Below are positions 1 to 9,725 of a DNA stretch of 32,000 bases, one piece after another. The stretch is from positions 1,260,001 to 1,292,000 of the forward strand of contig NC_009033.1 of assembly GCF_000015945.1 (NCBI RefSeq), written 5' to 3'. Under the pieces are notes generated by a model that worked only from the letters and a program-made list of their open reading frames with translations, did not search any database and was not told the origin of the DNA. Every line of letters starts with the position of its first letter. Position 1 is the stretch's first letter. This DNA comes from Staphylothermus marinus F1 (GTDB lineage Archaea > Thermoproteota > Thermoprotei_A > Sulfolobales > Desulfurococcaceae). The translations under genes were made by a program, and so were the position numbers.

Positions 1-1179
1 ATTGTTCCACGTATCTAAACGTATATCGATCGGTATTTCATAGTCATCGAGCTTAACAATTACTATTCCCTTATCCTTATAAAATTCTACAATATTTGGA
101 CAATTCTCAACGATCTTTTCCCAACCACTAGTTCTCCTAGTTTCATGCACGCATTTAAGGATTTTTTCCAGCACATTATAGTTTGTAACTAATGTTTCTG
201 AGAATTTTCTATACTTCTCCGATTCTTCAATATATTTCTTAATAATTTTTTGTTGTTCTTCTATATTCTTCTTTATCTTCTCTATGAGCATTTGTTGCTT
301 AGTTGTTTTTTGTTCATAATATATTCTCTTCTCGTATTCACCATAGTAAATATCTAAAACATGGTTTAATTCATCATATTTTTCCACATTTAACTCGTAT
401 AGTTCCTTATATAGTTTGGGTTCGTAAGACGTATAAATGTGTGGCTCGTTATTTAGCTTAACTAGGTAGCCTTTTCCCTCGAGAACTTCATTAATAATTT
501 TTTCGAATATATAAATTAGTGAATATAGATCTGTCTTTTCGATCATATTGATCTTGTAGTTCTTTTTCTCATAGAGTCCGGCACGATATATTAGTTCTTC
601 AGCAATATATCCTGGTAATCCCCATCCTTTAACAATACCTCTAACTAAGTCTTTTCCTTCACCTAGTAGTTCTAATAGTTTCGCATCATCTAGTTTTAAA
701 AGATCTATTCTACCGGGTGGCGGTGTATATTTGCTTCCACGCTTGATGATGCGGTCTCTAAGTTCTTGGAACCTATTGGCATATAATATATTATATGTTT
801 CATTTGTTAATACTAAGAAACCTCGAGGCATGATCTCATTAATAAGTATATATTTTTTGTTTCTACTCTTAACATGTAACTCTATTATTCTCTCCCATCC
901 AAGTTGTTTTACATCTACTATTCTTGCTCCTCGAATATATTTTCTCATAAATGAGGAGAATTTATCGATCTTCTTCTCTAAAGGATCGATGTTTGATACG
1001 TGGAGACGAATGCTTGGCTCAATTTTTAAGTAGCTTTTTCCTTTTCCAGGGCATCTAATTTTTAATAACCAATAAAAACCTGTAAAATATATGTTTTCAA
1101 TGAAACATCCAATGACTTGTTTTCCAAAATTGTTTGTCCAACTATAAATATCTAGTATATCCATTGCTTTTTTAATCAT
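1..1179 (-). CDS. NFACT / FbpA-type protein (archaeal RqcH/Rqc2-NEMF homolog), N-terminal ~393 aa; the C-terminal part runs off the left edge
   Basis: Not in the ORF track because it is open at the window edge. My minus-strand translation from the ATG (CAT at 1177..1179) gives MIKKAMDILDIYSW...KIDKFSSFMRKYIRGARIVDVKQLGWERIIELHV...LINEIMPRGFLVLTN... with no stop down to position 1. This matches the NFACT-N pattern (F..LRK.L.GA.I..V.Q...ERI..L, then E.M.RG-N) followed by a coiled-coil-like K/E-rich region. Confidence 0.65.
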   Translation of the reverse strand, partial: MIKKAMDILDIYSWTNNFGKQVIGCFIENIYFTGFYWLLKIRCPGKGKSYLKIEPSIRLHVSNIDPLEKKIDKFSSFMRKYIRGARIVDVKQLGWERIIELHVKSRNKKYILINEIMPRGFLVLTNETYNILYANRFQELRDRIIKRGSKYTPPPGRIDLLKLDDAKLLELLGEGKDLVRGIVKGWGLPGYIAEELIYRAGLYEKKNYKINMIEKTDLYSLIYIFEKIINEVLEGKGYLVKLNNEPHIYTSYEPKLYKELYELNVEKYDELNHVLDIYYGEYEKRIYYEQKTTKQQMLIEKIKKNIEEQQKIIKKYIEESEKYRKFSETLVTNYNVLEKILKCVHETRRTSGWEKIVENCPNIVEFYKDKGIVIVKLDDYEIPIDIRLDTWNN

Positions 1180-1272
1180 GTTAAACTATCACCTAACCGT
1201 TTTATTGATAAATCCATTTAATGTATATATCGGAAAATAGGGTTTTCAATAAATTGGGTTTGGAGAATAGAT

Positions 1273-1566
1273 ATGTTTAAACCAAGTAAGCTAGATGATA
1301 GAGTCGTTATTATAAGAGCAGTGTTAGGGATTATTTATGGTCTTATTTCCTATTTCCTAGTATATAAACTAAGCATAACTCTTCTAACACTCGATTTATC
1401 AAGTACTATATGGGTTCTAGCCGGAATAGTATATGTTGGATCCGCGTTTTATATTCAATATTGGAGTCGTAGTAGAAGCTTATTCTTAGTATTTGTTAGG
1501 GGATTACTTACTTTTTATGCTACTTGGCTAGCAATATTTCTTGTCCTATACGATCTCCTAGGTTAA
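1273..1566 (+). CDS. small integral membrane protein (about 3 hydrophobic helices), function unknown
   Basis: 97-aa ORF with three long hydrophobic stretches. A GGAG lies a few nt upstream of the ATG. It sits in a gap between flanking genes. Confidence 0.5.
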   Translation: MFKPSKLDDRVVIIRAVLGIIYGLISYFLVYKLSITLLTLDLSSTIWVLAGIVYVGSAFYIQYWSRSRSLFLVFVRGLLTFYATWLAIFLVLYDLLG

Positions 1567-2187
1567 TCCTAATTCCTTCTTAATATTTTCAGGAATCCTA
1601 CCAGTTTTCAAATATTCAACTAATTCGCTTGATAACAATGGTTTGCCATCTATTATAGGGTATCTAAATGGTAATCTAATATAACCATATTCTGTTTCCA
1701 AAGTAACTCCATCAATATACTGTATTTTCTCACTTGATTTATTATACCATAATGAATTAACAAAATATACTGCTCCATCAATACTGTATTGTCCATCACC
1801 AATATTTCTTCTTTTAACATTTCTTAATCTCTTAGAGAGAAGAGCTTCAGTCCGCTTGCGAGGCGGGTGATCACCCAATATACCTCCTATTATAACATAA
1901 TCATTTTCGACTAGATCCTTAAAAGATAATTTTTCCTCAGCTGCTGGATCAAGAATTATTATTTTGTTCTCGTCGACATATCCCTGCTTAACTAAATCTA
2001 TAATACTTTCCTCATAGGTTTTTCCATATTTCTTCATTATCTTATGATATCTTAACGGTAAACTAGTATACCATATATAATCGGATCCATATATAAGTGA
2101 TGAATGACGGTATTCTAGAAACAACCATATACTAAACTCAGGTTCTAAATGTTCTATTATAATTATTGGTTTTCTCATTTCCTTCAC
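1558..2187 (-). CDS. predicted SAM-dependent RNA methyltransferase of the DUF431 (Bmt5/Bmt6-like, SPOUT-type) family
   Basis: 209-aa ORF. The N-terminal IIIEHLEPEFSIWLFLEYRH motif and IIGGILGDHPPR resemble the DUF431 family as I remember it. No profile search was possible. Confidence 0.45.
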   Translation of the reverse strand: MKEMRKPIIIIEHLEPEFSIWLFLEYRHSSLIYGSDYIWYTSLPLRYHKIMKKYGKTYEESIIDLVKQGYVDENKIIILDPAAEEKLSFKDLVENDYVIIGGILGDHPPRKRTEALLSKRLRNVKRRNIGDGQYSIDGAVYFVNSLWYNKSSEKIQYIDGVTLETEYGYIRLPFRYPIIDGKPLLSSELVEYLKTGRIPENIKKELGLT

Positions 2188-2350
2188 GTTTATTATTTTT
2201 GTTTTCTAGTGTATTCATGAATATTTATCATCCATTTGTGCCTTATCTTGTTTCCTTACTAATGTGTTGCATTGTTTTTAGTAGTTTACAAATTATATTT
2301 TCTAAATCCCGTTATAAATAATTTAAATGAAATAATGCAATAATGAATTA

Positions 2351-3142
2351 ATGATGGTAAAGTTGATAAAGACTTATATCAATCCAACCCTTAGCGAAGC
2401 ATTGGAGATCATTAGTAAGGCTGTATCTAGTAAAGAATTAACAATAATTGTTGGCGAGTGTAGTGTTGATTATCAAGGTAGAAGCGAGTCCAGGCTTACA
2501 CTTGGTGAAAGAGTTATAATTATAAAACAAGATGGAGCCTTTCTAGTGCATAGACCAACAGGTTATTCTCCAGTTAATTGGCAACCCGCAACATCTATTA
2601 TTGAAACCCGTCTTGATAAAGATAAACTAATTATAATGGCTGTCAGAAGAAAACCGAGAGAAACTATTTGGGTATATCTAACGAGAATATACACTATTAT
2701 AACTGGTAAACTAGTAGATAACGGCGAATTCATAATGTATATGGATGAACATGAAATAAGAGATATTCTCTATGAACATCCAGAGCTCATTGAGGAAGGT
2801 TTAAAGATCATAGAAAAGGAGAAGAAAATAGGTGAAGGCTATGCCGACTTATTCGGTATTGATGCTAGAAACACCCCTGTCATTATTGAGATCAAAAGAG
2901 TTACTGCGACGAGAGAAGCTATGCTACAATTATATAACTATGTCCAAACATACCAGAAGCAAACCGGCGTCAAACCCAGAGGAATCCTAGTTGCGCCAAC
3001 CATTACCTCCTCAGCAATAGAATCAGCTTACAAGCTAGGACTTGAATGGAAAGAAATAAATCTACAGAAAATATGGAAATATAGAAAAAATAAAAACATA
3101 AAGCATGGGACGCTATTTGACTTCCTCAAAAACAAAAGATAA
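2351..3142 (+). CDS. nucS: endonuclease NucS / EndoMS (mismatch-specific, RecB-like nuclease fold)
   Basis: 263 aa. The N-terminal half-barrel region is GECSVDYQGRSESRLTLGERVIIIKQDGAFLVHRP.GYSPVNWQP. The C-terminal nuclease core is GYADLFGID....PVIIEIKR, a D...E.K motif. Confidence 0.85.
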   Translation: MMVKLIKTYINPTLSEALEIISKAVSSKELTIIVGECSVDYQGRSESRLTLGERVIIIKQDGAFLVHRPTGYSPVNWQPATSIIETRLDKDKLIIMAVRRKPRETIWVYLTRIYTIITGKLVDNGEFIMYMDEHEIRDILYEHPELIEEGLKIIEKEKKIGEGYADLFGIDARNTPVIIEIKRVTATREAMLQLYNYVQTYQKQTGVKPRGILVAPTITSSAIESAYKLGLEWKEINLQKIWKYRKNKNIKHGTLFDFLKNKR

Positions 3143-3689
3143 ACACGTAGATCCAGTTAAGCTATATAATATCACTGCTAGAACATATGATTCACTATAT
3201 AAAGAAGAACAATATACCAAATATAACTATGTCTTTGAAGAACTTAGACTAGTGCCAGGCAAAAACATCCTCGATATAGGATGTGGAACAGGGCTATTAA
3301 TTGAATACTTGTTATCTAAAAAACTAGATTTATTTCATAGATACTTATGTATTGACCCAAGTATTGAGATGTTGAAAAAGGCTATTGATAAGTATAGGGA
3401 TCCAAGAATAATATACATTTTATCATATGCCGAAGATCTAGATTTAATAGATCAATCAATAGATTCGATCTTCATGTTCACAGTATGGGATAATATACAT
3501 GAAACAAATAAAAAGAGTATACTTAAGAAAATAAAAAATTCACTTACTAAAGAAGGATACGCTATAATTACAACTATACCTAGAAATAAGATATATGATG
3601 GGCAGAGATCACCATCCGATCTCGACAATGAATTTAAATATGTTGGTTTTAAAATAGATAACTTCTACATGTATAAAAAATATAGCTAG
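3105..3689 (+). CDS. class I SAM-dependent methyltransferase
   Basis: Motif I ILDIGCGTGLL, acidic post-I residue (CIDPS), 194 aa. The start overlaps the nucS 3' end by 38 nt and is uncertain. Confidence 0.7.
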   Translation: MGRYLTSSKTKDKHVDPVKLYNITARTYDSLYKEEQYTKYNYVFEELRLVPGKNILDIGCGTGLLIEYLLSKKLDLFHRYLCIDPSIEMLKKAIDKYRDPRIIYILSYAEDLDLIDQSIDSIFMFTVWDNIHETNKKSILKKIKNSLTKEGYAIITTIPRNKIYDGQRSPSDLDNEFKYVGFKIDNFYMYKKYS

Positions 3690-3780
3690 GACTAGAATGC
3701 ATCAAAATATTTATTCAGTAAAGCCTTTATATTAGGCATTTGGTTATTGATTTACGAAAGAAAATAACACAGTATTAGGT

Positions 3781-4068
3781 GTGGGAATAACCATGTCAGT
3801 GCCGAAACCCAAAACAGCTACCCCGCTCAAATACTTAAAGAGTGCTGTAAACCAAATAGTTCTAGTTAAGATCAAGGATGGACATGAGTATATAGGAACA
3901 CTAAATATGGTTGATCATACGATGAACGTTGTACTTAGCAATTGTCAAGAATACGGAGACGATGGAAAACCTATTGCTAGATATGGAAAAGTGCTTATTC
4001 GAGGAAGCCACATAGTATTTATAAGCATAAACTATGGACAAGTAGCTCCAGAAATAGCTGTTGGATAG
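3781..4068 (+). CDS. Sm-like (LSm / SmAP) RNA-binding protein
   Basis: Sm1 motif (KDGHEYIGTLNMVDHTMNVVL) and Sm2 motif (VLIRGSHIVFI). The start may be GTG 3781 or ATG 3793. A TATA-like CTTTATATTA lies upstream. Confidence 0.85.
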   Translation: MGITMSVPKPKTATPLKYLKSAVNQIVLVKIKDGHEYIGTLNMVDHTMNVVLSNCQEYGDDGKPIARYGKVLIRGSHIVFISINYGQVAPEIAVG

Positions 4069-4504
4069 GTGTAGTGTTTTGTCAGAGGAATACCTGCTTA
4101 AAGCATACGATATAATGACTCCTGAAATAAGATTCATAGATAAAAATTCTCCTATCAAAGAAGCTGCACTAAGAATGATAAATGAGGGTATTGGGGCATT
4201 AATAGTAGTTGATCAAGAAGGACCCATAGGAATCGTAACTAAGAGAGACATTATATGGGGAGTATTATTTGAGAAAAGAGATCCTGAAAAAGAACCTGTC
4301 GAGAAAATAATGAGCACTCCATTGATAATGATTGATTCTAGTAGTGACATAGTTCAAATACTAGATTTAATGATTAGAAACAATATATCGCATCTGCCTG
4401 TTAGAGAAGGTGATAAAGTAATCGGTATGATAAGTGATATGGATCTATTAGAGGTTTTCAGAGACGTCATAGAGATCGTAAATGCTAGAAGGATCAAAAA
4501 ATAA
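4061..4504 (+). CDS. CBS-domain pair protein
   Basis: Two CBS repeats (DIMTPE...GALIVVD..GPIGIVTKRDI; IMSTP...HLPVREGDKVIGMISDMDLL). The real start is possibly TTG 4079, after AGGTG at 4066..4070. Confidence 0.8.
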   Translation: MDRCSVLSEEYLLKAYDIMTPEIRFIDKNSPIKEAALRMINEGIGALIVVDQEGPIGIVTKRDIIWGVLFEKRDPEKEPVEKIMSTPLIMIDSSSDIVQILDLMIRNNISHLPVREGDKVIGMISDMDLLEVFRDVIEIVNARRIKK

Positions 4505-4731
4505 TGTTATCATCTATTATTGCCCATAATATTCATGAATCAAATTTATATATAGTTTACTTATTCAAGCACACCATTAATCAATAGATATGGAATAGTA
4601 TAAGCTATTATTATCATTCATAAGTATTAACACATACTTATATTATAAGTTAATCGAGTTATTGTTGAATCAATATGTATTTTAAACAGAACAGGCGAAT
4701 TTTTTAGTAGTTGAGATACAAGGTGAACTAT

Positions 4732-5682
4732 ATGCCTGGGAAAAGTCCTGTAAGACGCTCTATTGGTGCACCTAGAAGAGTGGAAAAACATCGTTGGCTT
4801 AGAAGCGATGGTACGCCGAATTTTGAGGATAGAATCTATAAGAGTACCGAAGAATTGGAGATAATAGCTAAAAAACCAGTTAAACAAGCAAGTCCATCGA
4901 CGCCGTTGCTTGAAGCAGTTGAAGAAATGGCTAAAGGATATAGAAGCTTAGTCATTACTGTTTCCAATAAGATTGCGGGGCTATTATTGTCGACTCATGT
5001 CATAAATTATTTGGGCGGGGGAGAATACTTTAAAATAGTTGAGGAAAGACACGGCTACAATATATATTCTGCTCTTCAAGAACCAGTTCAGTCAATTATG
5101 GAAAAGAACCCTATTGTAGCATATATTGATGAAAAACTATCAAATATACTTGAAAAAATGGTTATGAATGAGATAGGTATTGTACCAATAGTTCTACGTG
5201 ATGGAAGAGTTTATGGGATCATAACAGAGCATGATCTAATAAAGTATTTATCGTACAGTATATCTATAGGTGTTAAAGTAGCAGATGTTATGAGCAGCCC
5301 CGTAGTAACAATAGAGTCTGGAAGACCTATTAAGGAAGCAATGGAAAAAATAATCAAGTATGGATTCAGAAGAATCCCAGTTGTCGGTGAAAATGTTGTT
5401 CTAGGGATAATAACCGCAATGGATATTATAAAATACTTCGGCACACATGAAGCATTCAAAAACACGGTCAGCGGAGATATAAGGGAAGCATTAAAGATCC
5501 CGGTAGACGATATCATGGTTAGAGAGCTTGTTATTATAAAACCTGATGACGATCTAGGGTTAGCAGCTCATAAGATGGCTGAGAAAAACGTTGGTTCAGC
5601 TCTTGTAGTTAATGATAAAATGGAGCTTTTAGGTATAGTAACAGAACGTGACATACTCTATGCATTATCAATAAAGAAGTAA
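4732..5682 (+). CDS. CBS-domain protein (four CBS repeats)
   Basis: Repeated CBS signatures (IGIVPIVLRDGRVYGIITEHDL, RRIPVVGENVVLGIITAMDI, GSALVVNDKMELLGIVTERDI). The ATG at 4732 is preceded by GGTG. The track's ORF begins at 4711. Confidence 0.8.
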   Translation: MPGKSPVRRSIGAPRRVEKHRWLRSDGTPNFEDRIYKSTEELEIIAKKPVKQASPSTPLLEAVEEMAKGYRSLVITVSNKIAGLLLSTHVINYLGGGEYFKIVEERHGYNIYSALQEPVQSIMEKNPIVAYIDEKLSNILEKMVMNEIGIVPIVLRDGRVYGIITEHDLIKYLSYSISIGVKVADVMSSPVVTIESGRPIKEAMEKIIKYGFRRIPVVGENVVLGIITAMDIIKYFGTHEAFKNTVSGDIREALKIPVDDIMVRELVIIKPDDDLGLAAHKMAEKNVGSALVVNDKMELLGIVTERDILYALSIKK

Positions 5683-5704
5683 ATATTTATAGGTGATATA
5701 AGCA

Positions 5705-6553
5705 TTGAGGCTTGAATCTCTAATAAGAGAAGATATACCCATTGTCGATAAAAATGATTCATTATATCACGCATTTAAACTAATAGAGAAGACCGGCATA
5801 GATAAGGTAATAGTGACTGAGAACAGAGTATTGAAGCCGGGAAAAGAAGTAAAAGAACTAGCAGGAATACTAACTAGCAGAGATATAGTTCAAAAAATTG
5901 CTACACAAAGAATGAGGCAAACAACTCCTGGCAAACTACACGTTTCAAGCTTTATAAGTATAAATCCAGCATTCATAACCATCGACTCAAGTCTTCTCGA
6001 TGTTTTCAAGCTAATGGTTGACAAAGGCTATGGTATACTTCCCGTACTAGATAAGGAAGGAAATATTATGGGGGGAATTCTCAGAGATACACTTCTTAGA
6101 GTAGCTGAAAAAGATGATACCGAGATTAGACATATAATGGATACAAACCCACTTATCGCTAGAACTACTGATAGAATTCTGAAAATAAGACAAGATATGC
6201 TTAGTAATGATATAAGCTTTATGCCAGTAGTTGATGAAAACGATGAATTAGTAGGATATATAACAATATATGAAGTGGCATATTCACTAATGAGATTCCA
6301 AGATATTGTACCTGCTAAATACAGGAAGGAGAGGATATCACATTTAATAGTAGAAGATGTAATGAGGTTTAGGCCACCAAAACTGAGAATTATAAATACT
6401 GTTTCAGAAGCTGTTATAAGTATTATGAAAAAGAATAGTAGGGGAGCTGTTGTAGTAGATGAGATAGGTAGAATAGCAGGTGTTGTAACTCCTCACATTA
6501 TATTGAAACATATATATACTAATAAAAAGGAATTAATAGAGGAGCTAAGTTAA
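5705..6553 (+). CDS. CBS-domain protein (four CBS repeats)
   Basis: CBS signatures (GILPVLDKEGNIMGGILRDTL, SFMPVVDENDELVGYITIYEV, RGAVVVDEIGRIAGVVTPHII). TTG start follows GGTG. Confidence 0.75.
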   Translation: MRLESLIREDIPIVDKNDSLYHAFKLIEKTGIDKVIVTENRVLKPGKEVKELAGILTSRDIVQKIATQRMRQTTPGKLHVSSFISINPAFITIDSSLLDVFKLMVDKGYGILPVLDKEGNIMGGILRDTLLRVAEKDDTEIRHIMDTNPLIARTTDRILKIRQDMLSNDISFMPVVDENDELVGYITIYEVAYSLMRFQDIVPAKYRKERISHLIVEDVMRFRPPKLRIINTVSEAVISIMKKNSRGAVVVDEIGRIAGVVTPHIILKHIYTNKKELIEELS

Positions 6554-6605
6554 ACATATTTTGTATGCCCTATATCTTATTAATTTCTTCAAAGGTCTTC
6601 AAATT

Positions 6606-7142
6606 ATGTACCGCGATAAAAACGAGAGTGATGAACCAAAATTTATTGTTGACACAATGTTGGGTAATGTAGCTAGATGGCTTCGAATGCTAGGATACGA
6701 TACTTTATATGATCGAAAATATGAGGATTGGAAAATACTGGATATTGCAAGAAAAGAAGGAAGGATAATTATTACAAGAGATAGAGGACTTCATCATCGA
6801 GCGTTAAATAATGGAATTAAAAGTATTTATTTAGACATGGATGAAGTGTCAGAAAGGCTAGCATATATAGCCTATGTTGCGGGTATTAGACTACATATTG
6901 ATATGGATAAGTCGCGTTGTCCATTATGTAATGGTGAATTAAGAAAGGCTAAGAAAAAAGAAGTGGAAGGCAAAGTTCCTAGGAAAGTATATCTGTTACA
7001 TGACGATTTCTGGATATGTACACGATGCGGAAAAATATATTGGATAGGATCACATTGGAGGAAAATTGAAGAAATATTGTCTGAGGCAAGAAAAAAATAT
7101 GAAGCTATAAAAAGAAGTATGGGGAGAAAAATTGTCAGATAA
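6606..7142 (+). CDS. Mut7-C (DUF82) PIN-like RNase domain protein with C-terminal zinc ribbon
   Basis: [22 protein letters not shown]...IITRDR matches the Mut7-C N-terminal pattern. CPLCNG...CTRCGKIYW forms a 4-Cys ribbon. I prefer ATG 6606 over the track start at 6561. Confidence 0.7.
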
Positions 7143-7812
7143 GAAACCAGTTCATCCATCTGAATTAAGCATTAATGATGGTATCTTTCTTGTTAAGCTT
7201 GCTCGAAAAGCTGTTGAGGAAAAGCTTCTCCGTGGAGTAAGCATTGAACCACCCAGAGATCTTCCTGAAATATTCTTAAGACCTGGCATGACTTTCACAA
7301 CAATCGAGACATTGCATCCCGATGGAAAAACAACTCTTAGAGGATGCATAGGATTTCTTGCACCAATATATAGCTTAGTGGAGTCAACTATTAAGTCTGC
7401 ATTAGAAGCAGCATTTAATGATCCTAGATTTCCCCCTCTAAGACCTGAAGAACTAGATAATATTATATTTGAAGTAACAGTATTATCGGAACCTGAGGAA
7501 ATAATTGTACGTAATAGATGGGATCTTCCGAATATGATAAAAATAGGTAAGCATGGACTCGTAGTAGAGAAAGGCTGGTTTAAAGGCACATTATTACCTG
7601 TTGTCCCCATCGAGTATTGTTGGGATGAAGAAACTTTTCTATCAGAAACATGTATTAAAGCTGGATTACAGCCAGATTGCTGGCTAGATCCATCAGTCCA
7701 TATATATTCATATGAAGGTAGAGCCTTCCGCGAAAAGCTTCCACGCGGAGAAATATTTGAGAGAGATATGATCAGGGAATACCGTGAAATATGTAGAAGA
7801 ATGATCAGGTAA
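7132..7812 (+). CDS. AMMECR1-domain protein
   Basis: LRGCIGF...[10 protein letters not shown] is the AMMECR1 signature. 226 aa. TTG start follows GGGGAG. Confidence 0.8.
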
Positions 7813-7919
7813 AGAGAAGAGCCTAGAATAAAATAAGCAATCGATCATTAATCAATGTTATTAACTAATAATTGGATCATTGTGTAAACGGTATTATTAT
7901 ATATTATAGGGGGATTACA

Positions 7920-8747
7920 ATGGTAATCACAATCAAAGACATTATAAATATACCATATGATAAAGCAGAGAAAACAATAATAGAGTTTATCAAGAACAAG
8001 ATCGAAGAAGCTAATCTAAAAGGTGCAGTAATAGGTTTAAGTGGTGGAGTGGATTCTTCAGTTACATTGTTATTGACAATGAAGGCTATTGGAATAGAAA
8101 GAGTTACAGCTTTGATCATGCCAGATACTAGAGTTACGCCAAAAAGGGATATTGAGGATGCATTATGGCTTGTTAAAAAATATGGTATCAAATACTATGT
8201 TATAAGGATTGATGATATAGTTGACTCGTATAGCGCAATGCCGTTCTTTAACATAAACTATAATATACCGACCGGTAATCTTCGTGCAAGAATACGAATG
8301 AACATACTATACTACTATGCTAATTTACATAACTACATAGTGGTAGGGACAGGGGATAGAAGCGAAATATTAATTGGATACTTTACCAAGTACGGAGATG
8401 GAGGTGTCGACATCTTACCTATAGGATCCCTCTTTAAGACCCAAGTCAGAAAAATGGGTGATTATTTAGGATTGCCGGAGAAAATTACTTCTAAACCCAG
8501 TAGCCCAGCCTTATGGCTGGGCCATAAAGCTGAAGAAGAACTTGGAATAAAATATGAAACAATAGACCTAGTTCTCTACGCATTATTCGATAAACACATA
8601 GAACCAGAAAAAGTACCTGAACACACAGGGGTAGATCCGTCCATAGTTGCTAAGATACTGGAAATGCATAGAAAAACCAGACATAAAAGACTATCTCCAC
8701 CAATACCTAGCCTCCCATGGGTTAAAGAACCTATAAGGGAAATATAA
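7920..8747 (+). CDS. nadE: NH3-dependent NAD+ synthetase
   Basis: PP-loop GLSGGVDSSV, then GTGDRSE..IGYFTKYGDGG and the SKPSSP..W motif. ATG 7920 is preceded by a GGGGG-rich SD. The track ORF starts at 7872. Confidence 0.85.
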   Translation: MVITIKDIINIPYDKAEKTIIEFIKNKIEEANLKGAVIGLSGGVDSSVTLLLTMKAIGIERVTALIMPDTRVTPKRDIEDALWLVKKYGIKYYVIRIDDIVDSYSAMPFFNINYNIPTGNLRARIRMNILYYYANLHNYIVVGTGDRSEILIGYFTKYGDGGVDILPIGSLFKTQVRKMGDYLGLPEKITSKPSSPALWLGHKAEEELGIKYETIDLVLYALFDKHIEPEKVPEHTGVDPSIVAKILEMHRKTRHKRLSPPIPSLPWVKEPIREI

Positions 8748-9038
8748 TAATGTTCACTATCTTTTGGTTACTTTAAATTAATCATTTCTTTTATAGATTA
8801 TTATAAGATATATTTGTGATTTGAAAATTGCAATAGGATCACCCTGAGATTCTACGTACTCCTTATAAAGGGGACGAAAAACCTAGCGCAGAAAGAATAG
8901 AACAAACAAAACAAGACATATGGAATCATATAGTTTATTAGTTGCTCATACTTTATTTTTGAAAATAGTATGTCGGGGAAAATGTTCTTTACTTCCAACT
9001 TTATTGTTCAAAAATTCTCGAGGAATAAGGTGATATAC

Positions 9039-9725
9039 ATGTCTTTATCATTGTTGTTGTTAACAGATATTCATGATAGAATAAGATATGTGGATAAATT
9101 AGTTAAGCATTTACATGATACAAGGATATCTATAGATGCAGTGATAATAGCAGGTGATCTAACATACTTTCGTGGAGTAAAACATGCAATTAAAATATTA
9201 GAAGAATTTGCAGTTAAACTAGATAAACCTGTGTATTTTGTGCCTGGAAACTGTGACGATCCTAAATTACTCGATATCGATGAAATAGAGGAATATAAAA
9301 TATACAATATACATGGTAGAAAACGAATATTTAAAAACTACATGATATATGGTATAGGCGGAAGCAATTTTACACCATTTAATACCCTTATTGAATGGAG
9401 CGAAGAAGAAATTGAAAAATTTGTTAATATGGTAATAAATGTGGATAGTAAGCAATTAATAATGGTTACACATATCCCCATATATGGTGTTATGGATAAT
9501 ATTAACGGAGAAAATGTTGGATCACATGTTTTGAGAAAGTTTCTCGACGAGCATGGTGCATTATTATGGGTTACTGGGCATTTACACGAATATAGCGGCT
9601 ACAAGATCATTAATGAGACTATCATAGTTAATCCAGGACCATTCATGAGAGGATACTATAGTATTGCAAGAATTAATAATAGCACCGTAAATGTTTGGAT
9701 AAACAATTTCTTAAAGCCCAAATAA
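9039..9725 (+). CDS. calcineurin-like metallophosphoesterase
   Basis: Motifs LLLLTDIHD, AGDLT, VPGNCD, VTHIP, GHLHE. ATG 9039 is preceded by AGGTGA. The track's upstream extension to 8970 is probably not translated. Confidence 0.75.
   Translation: MSLSLLLLTDIHDRIRYVDKLVKHLHDTRISIDAVIIAGDLTYFRGVKHAIKILEEFAVKLDKPVYFVPGNCDDPKLLDIDEIEEYKIYNIHGRKRIFKNYMIYGIGGSNFTPFNTLIEWSEEEIEKFVNMVINVDSKQLIMVTHIPIYGVMDNINGENVGSHVLRKFLDEHGALLWVTGHLHEYSGYKIINETIIVNPGPFMRGYYSIARINNSTVNVWINNFLKPK

Noticed and set aside
731-1033. 100-aa plus-strand ORF from the track
   Set aside because: It lies entirely antisense inside the long uninterrupted minus-strand NFACT-type reading frame (1..1179). The composition is low-complexity and hydrophobic, typical of a shadow ORF.
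7152-7610. 152-aa minus-strand ORF. Similar antisense ORFs occur at 3901..4158, 4627..4887, 5211..5516, 6872..7159, 7904..8191, 9071..9307, 9267..9455, 9742..10215, 11709..11912, 16248..16634, 16820..17002, 18324..18551, 19182..19520, 22734..22970, 23346..23657, 24794..25039, 25557..25856, 26050..26274, 27367..27552, 27504..27737 and 28230..28508.
   Set aside because: Each is nested antisense to a gene with clear family motifs. They are Ser/Leu/Ile-rich, lack SD-like motifs and have no recognisable domains. I treat them as shadow ORFs.
8748-9038. 290-nt gap after nadE with a slightly GC-richer core (GGATCACCCTGAGATTCTACGTACTCCTTATAAAGGGGACG), including a small hairpin CTCCTT/ATA/AAGGGG and a CTGA
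   Set aside because: I looked for C/D-box, tRNA-like and BHB structure on both strands. There is no acceptable C box (GTGATTTGA is disrupted) and no extended pairing. It is possibly just promoter/UTR for the phosphoesterase gene, so I have not called it as an RNA.
8970-9038. N-terminal extension of the phosphoesterase ORF (track start 8970)
   Set aside because: The conserved metallophosphoesterase motif I (LLLLTDIHD) starts right after ATG 9039, which has AGGTGA upstream. The extension has no SD and has odd composition.
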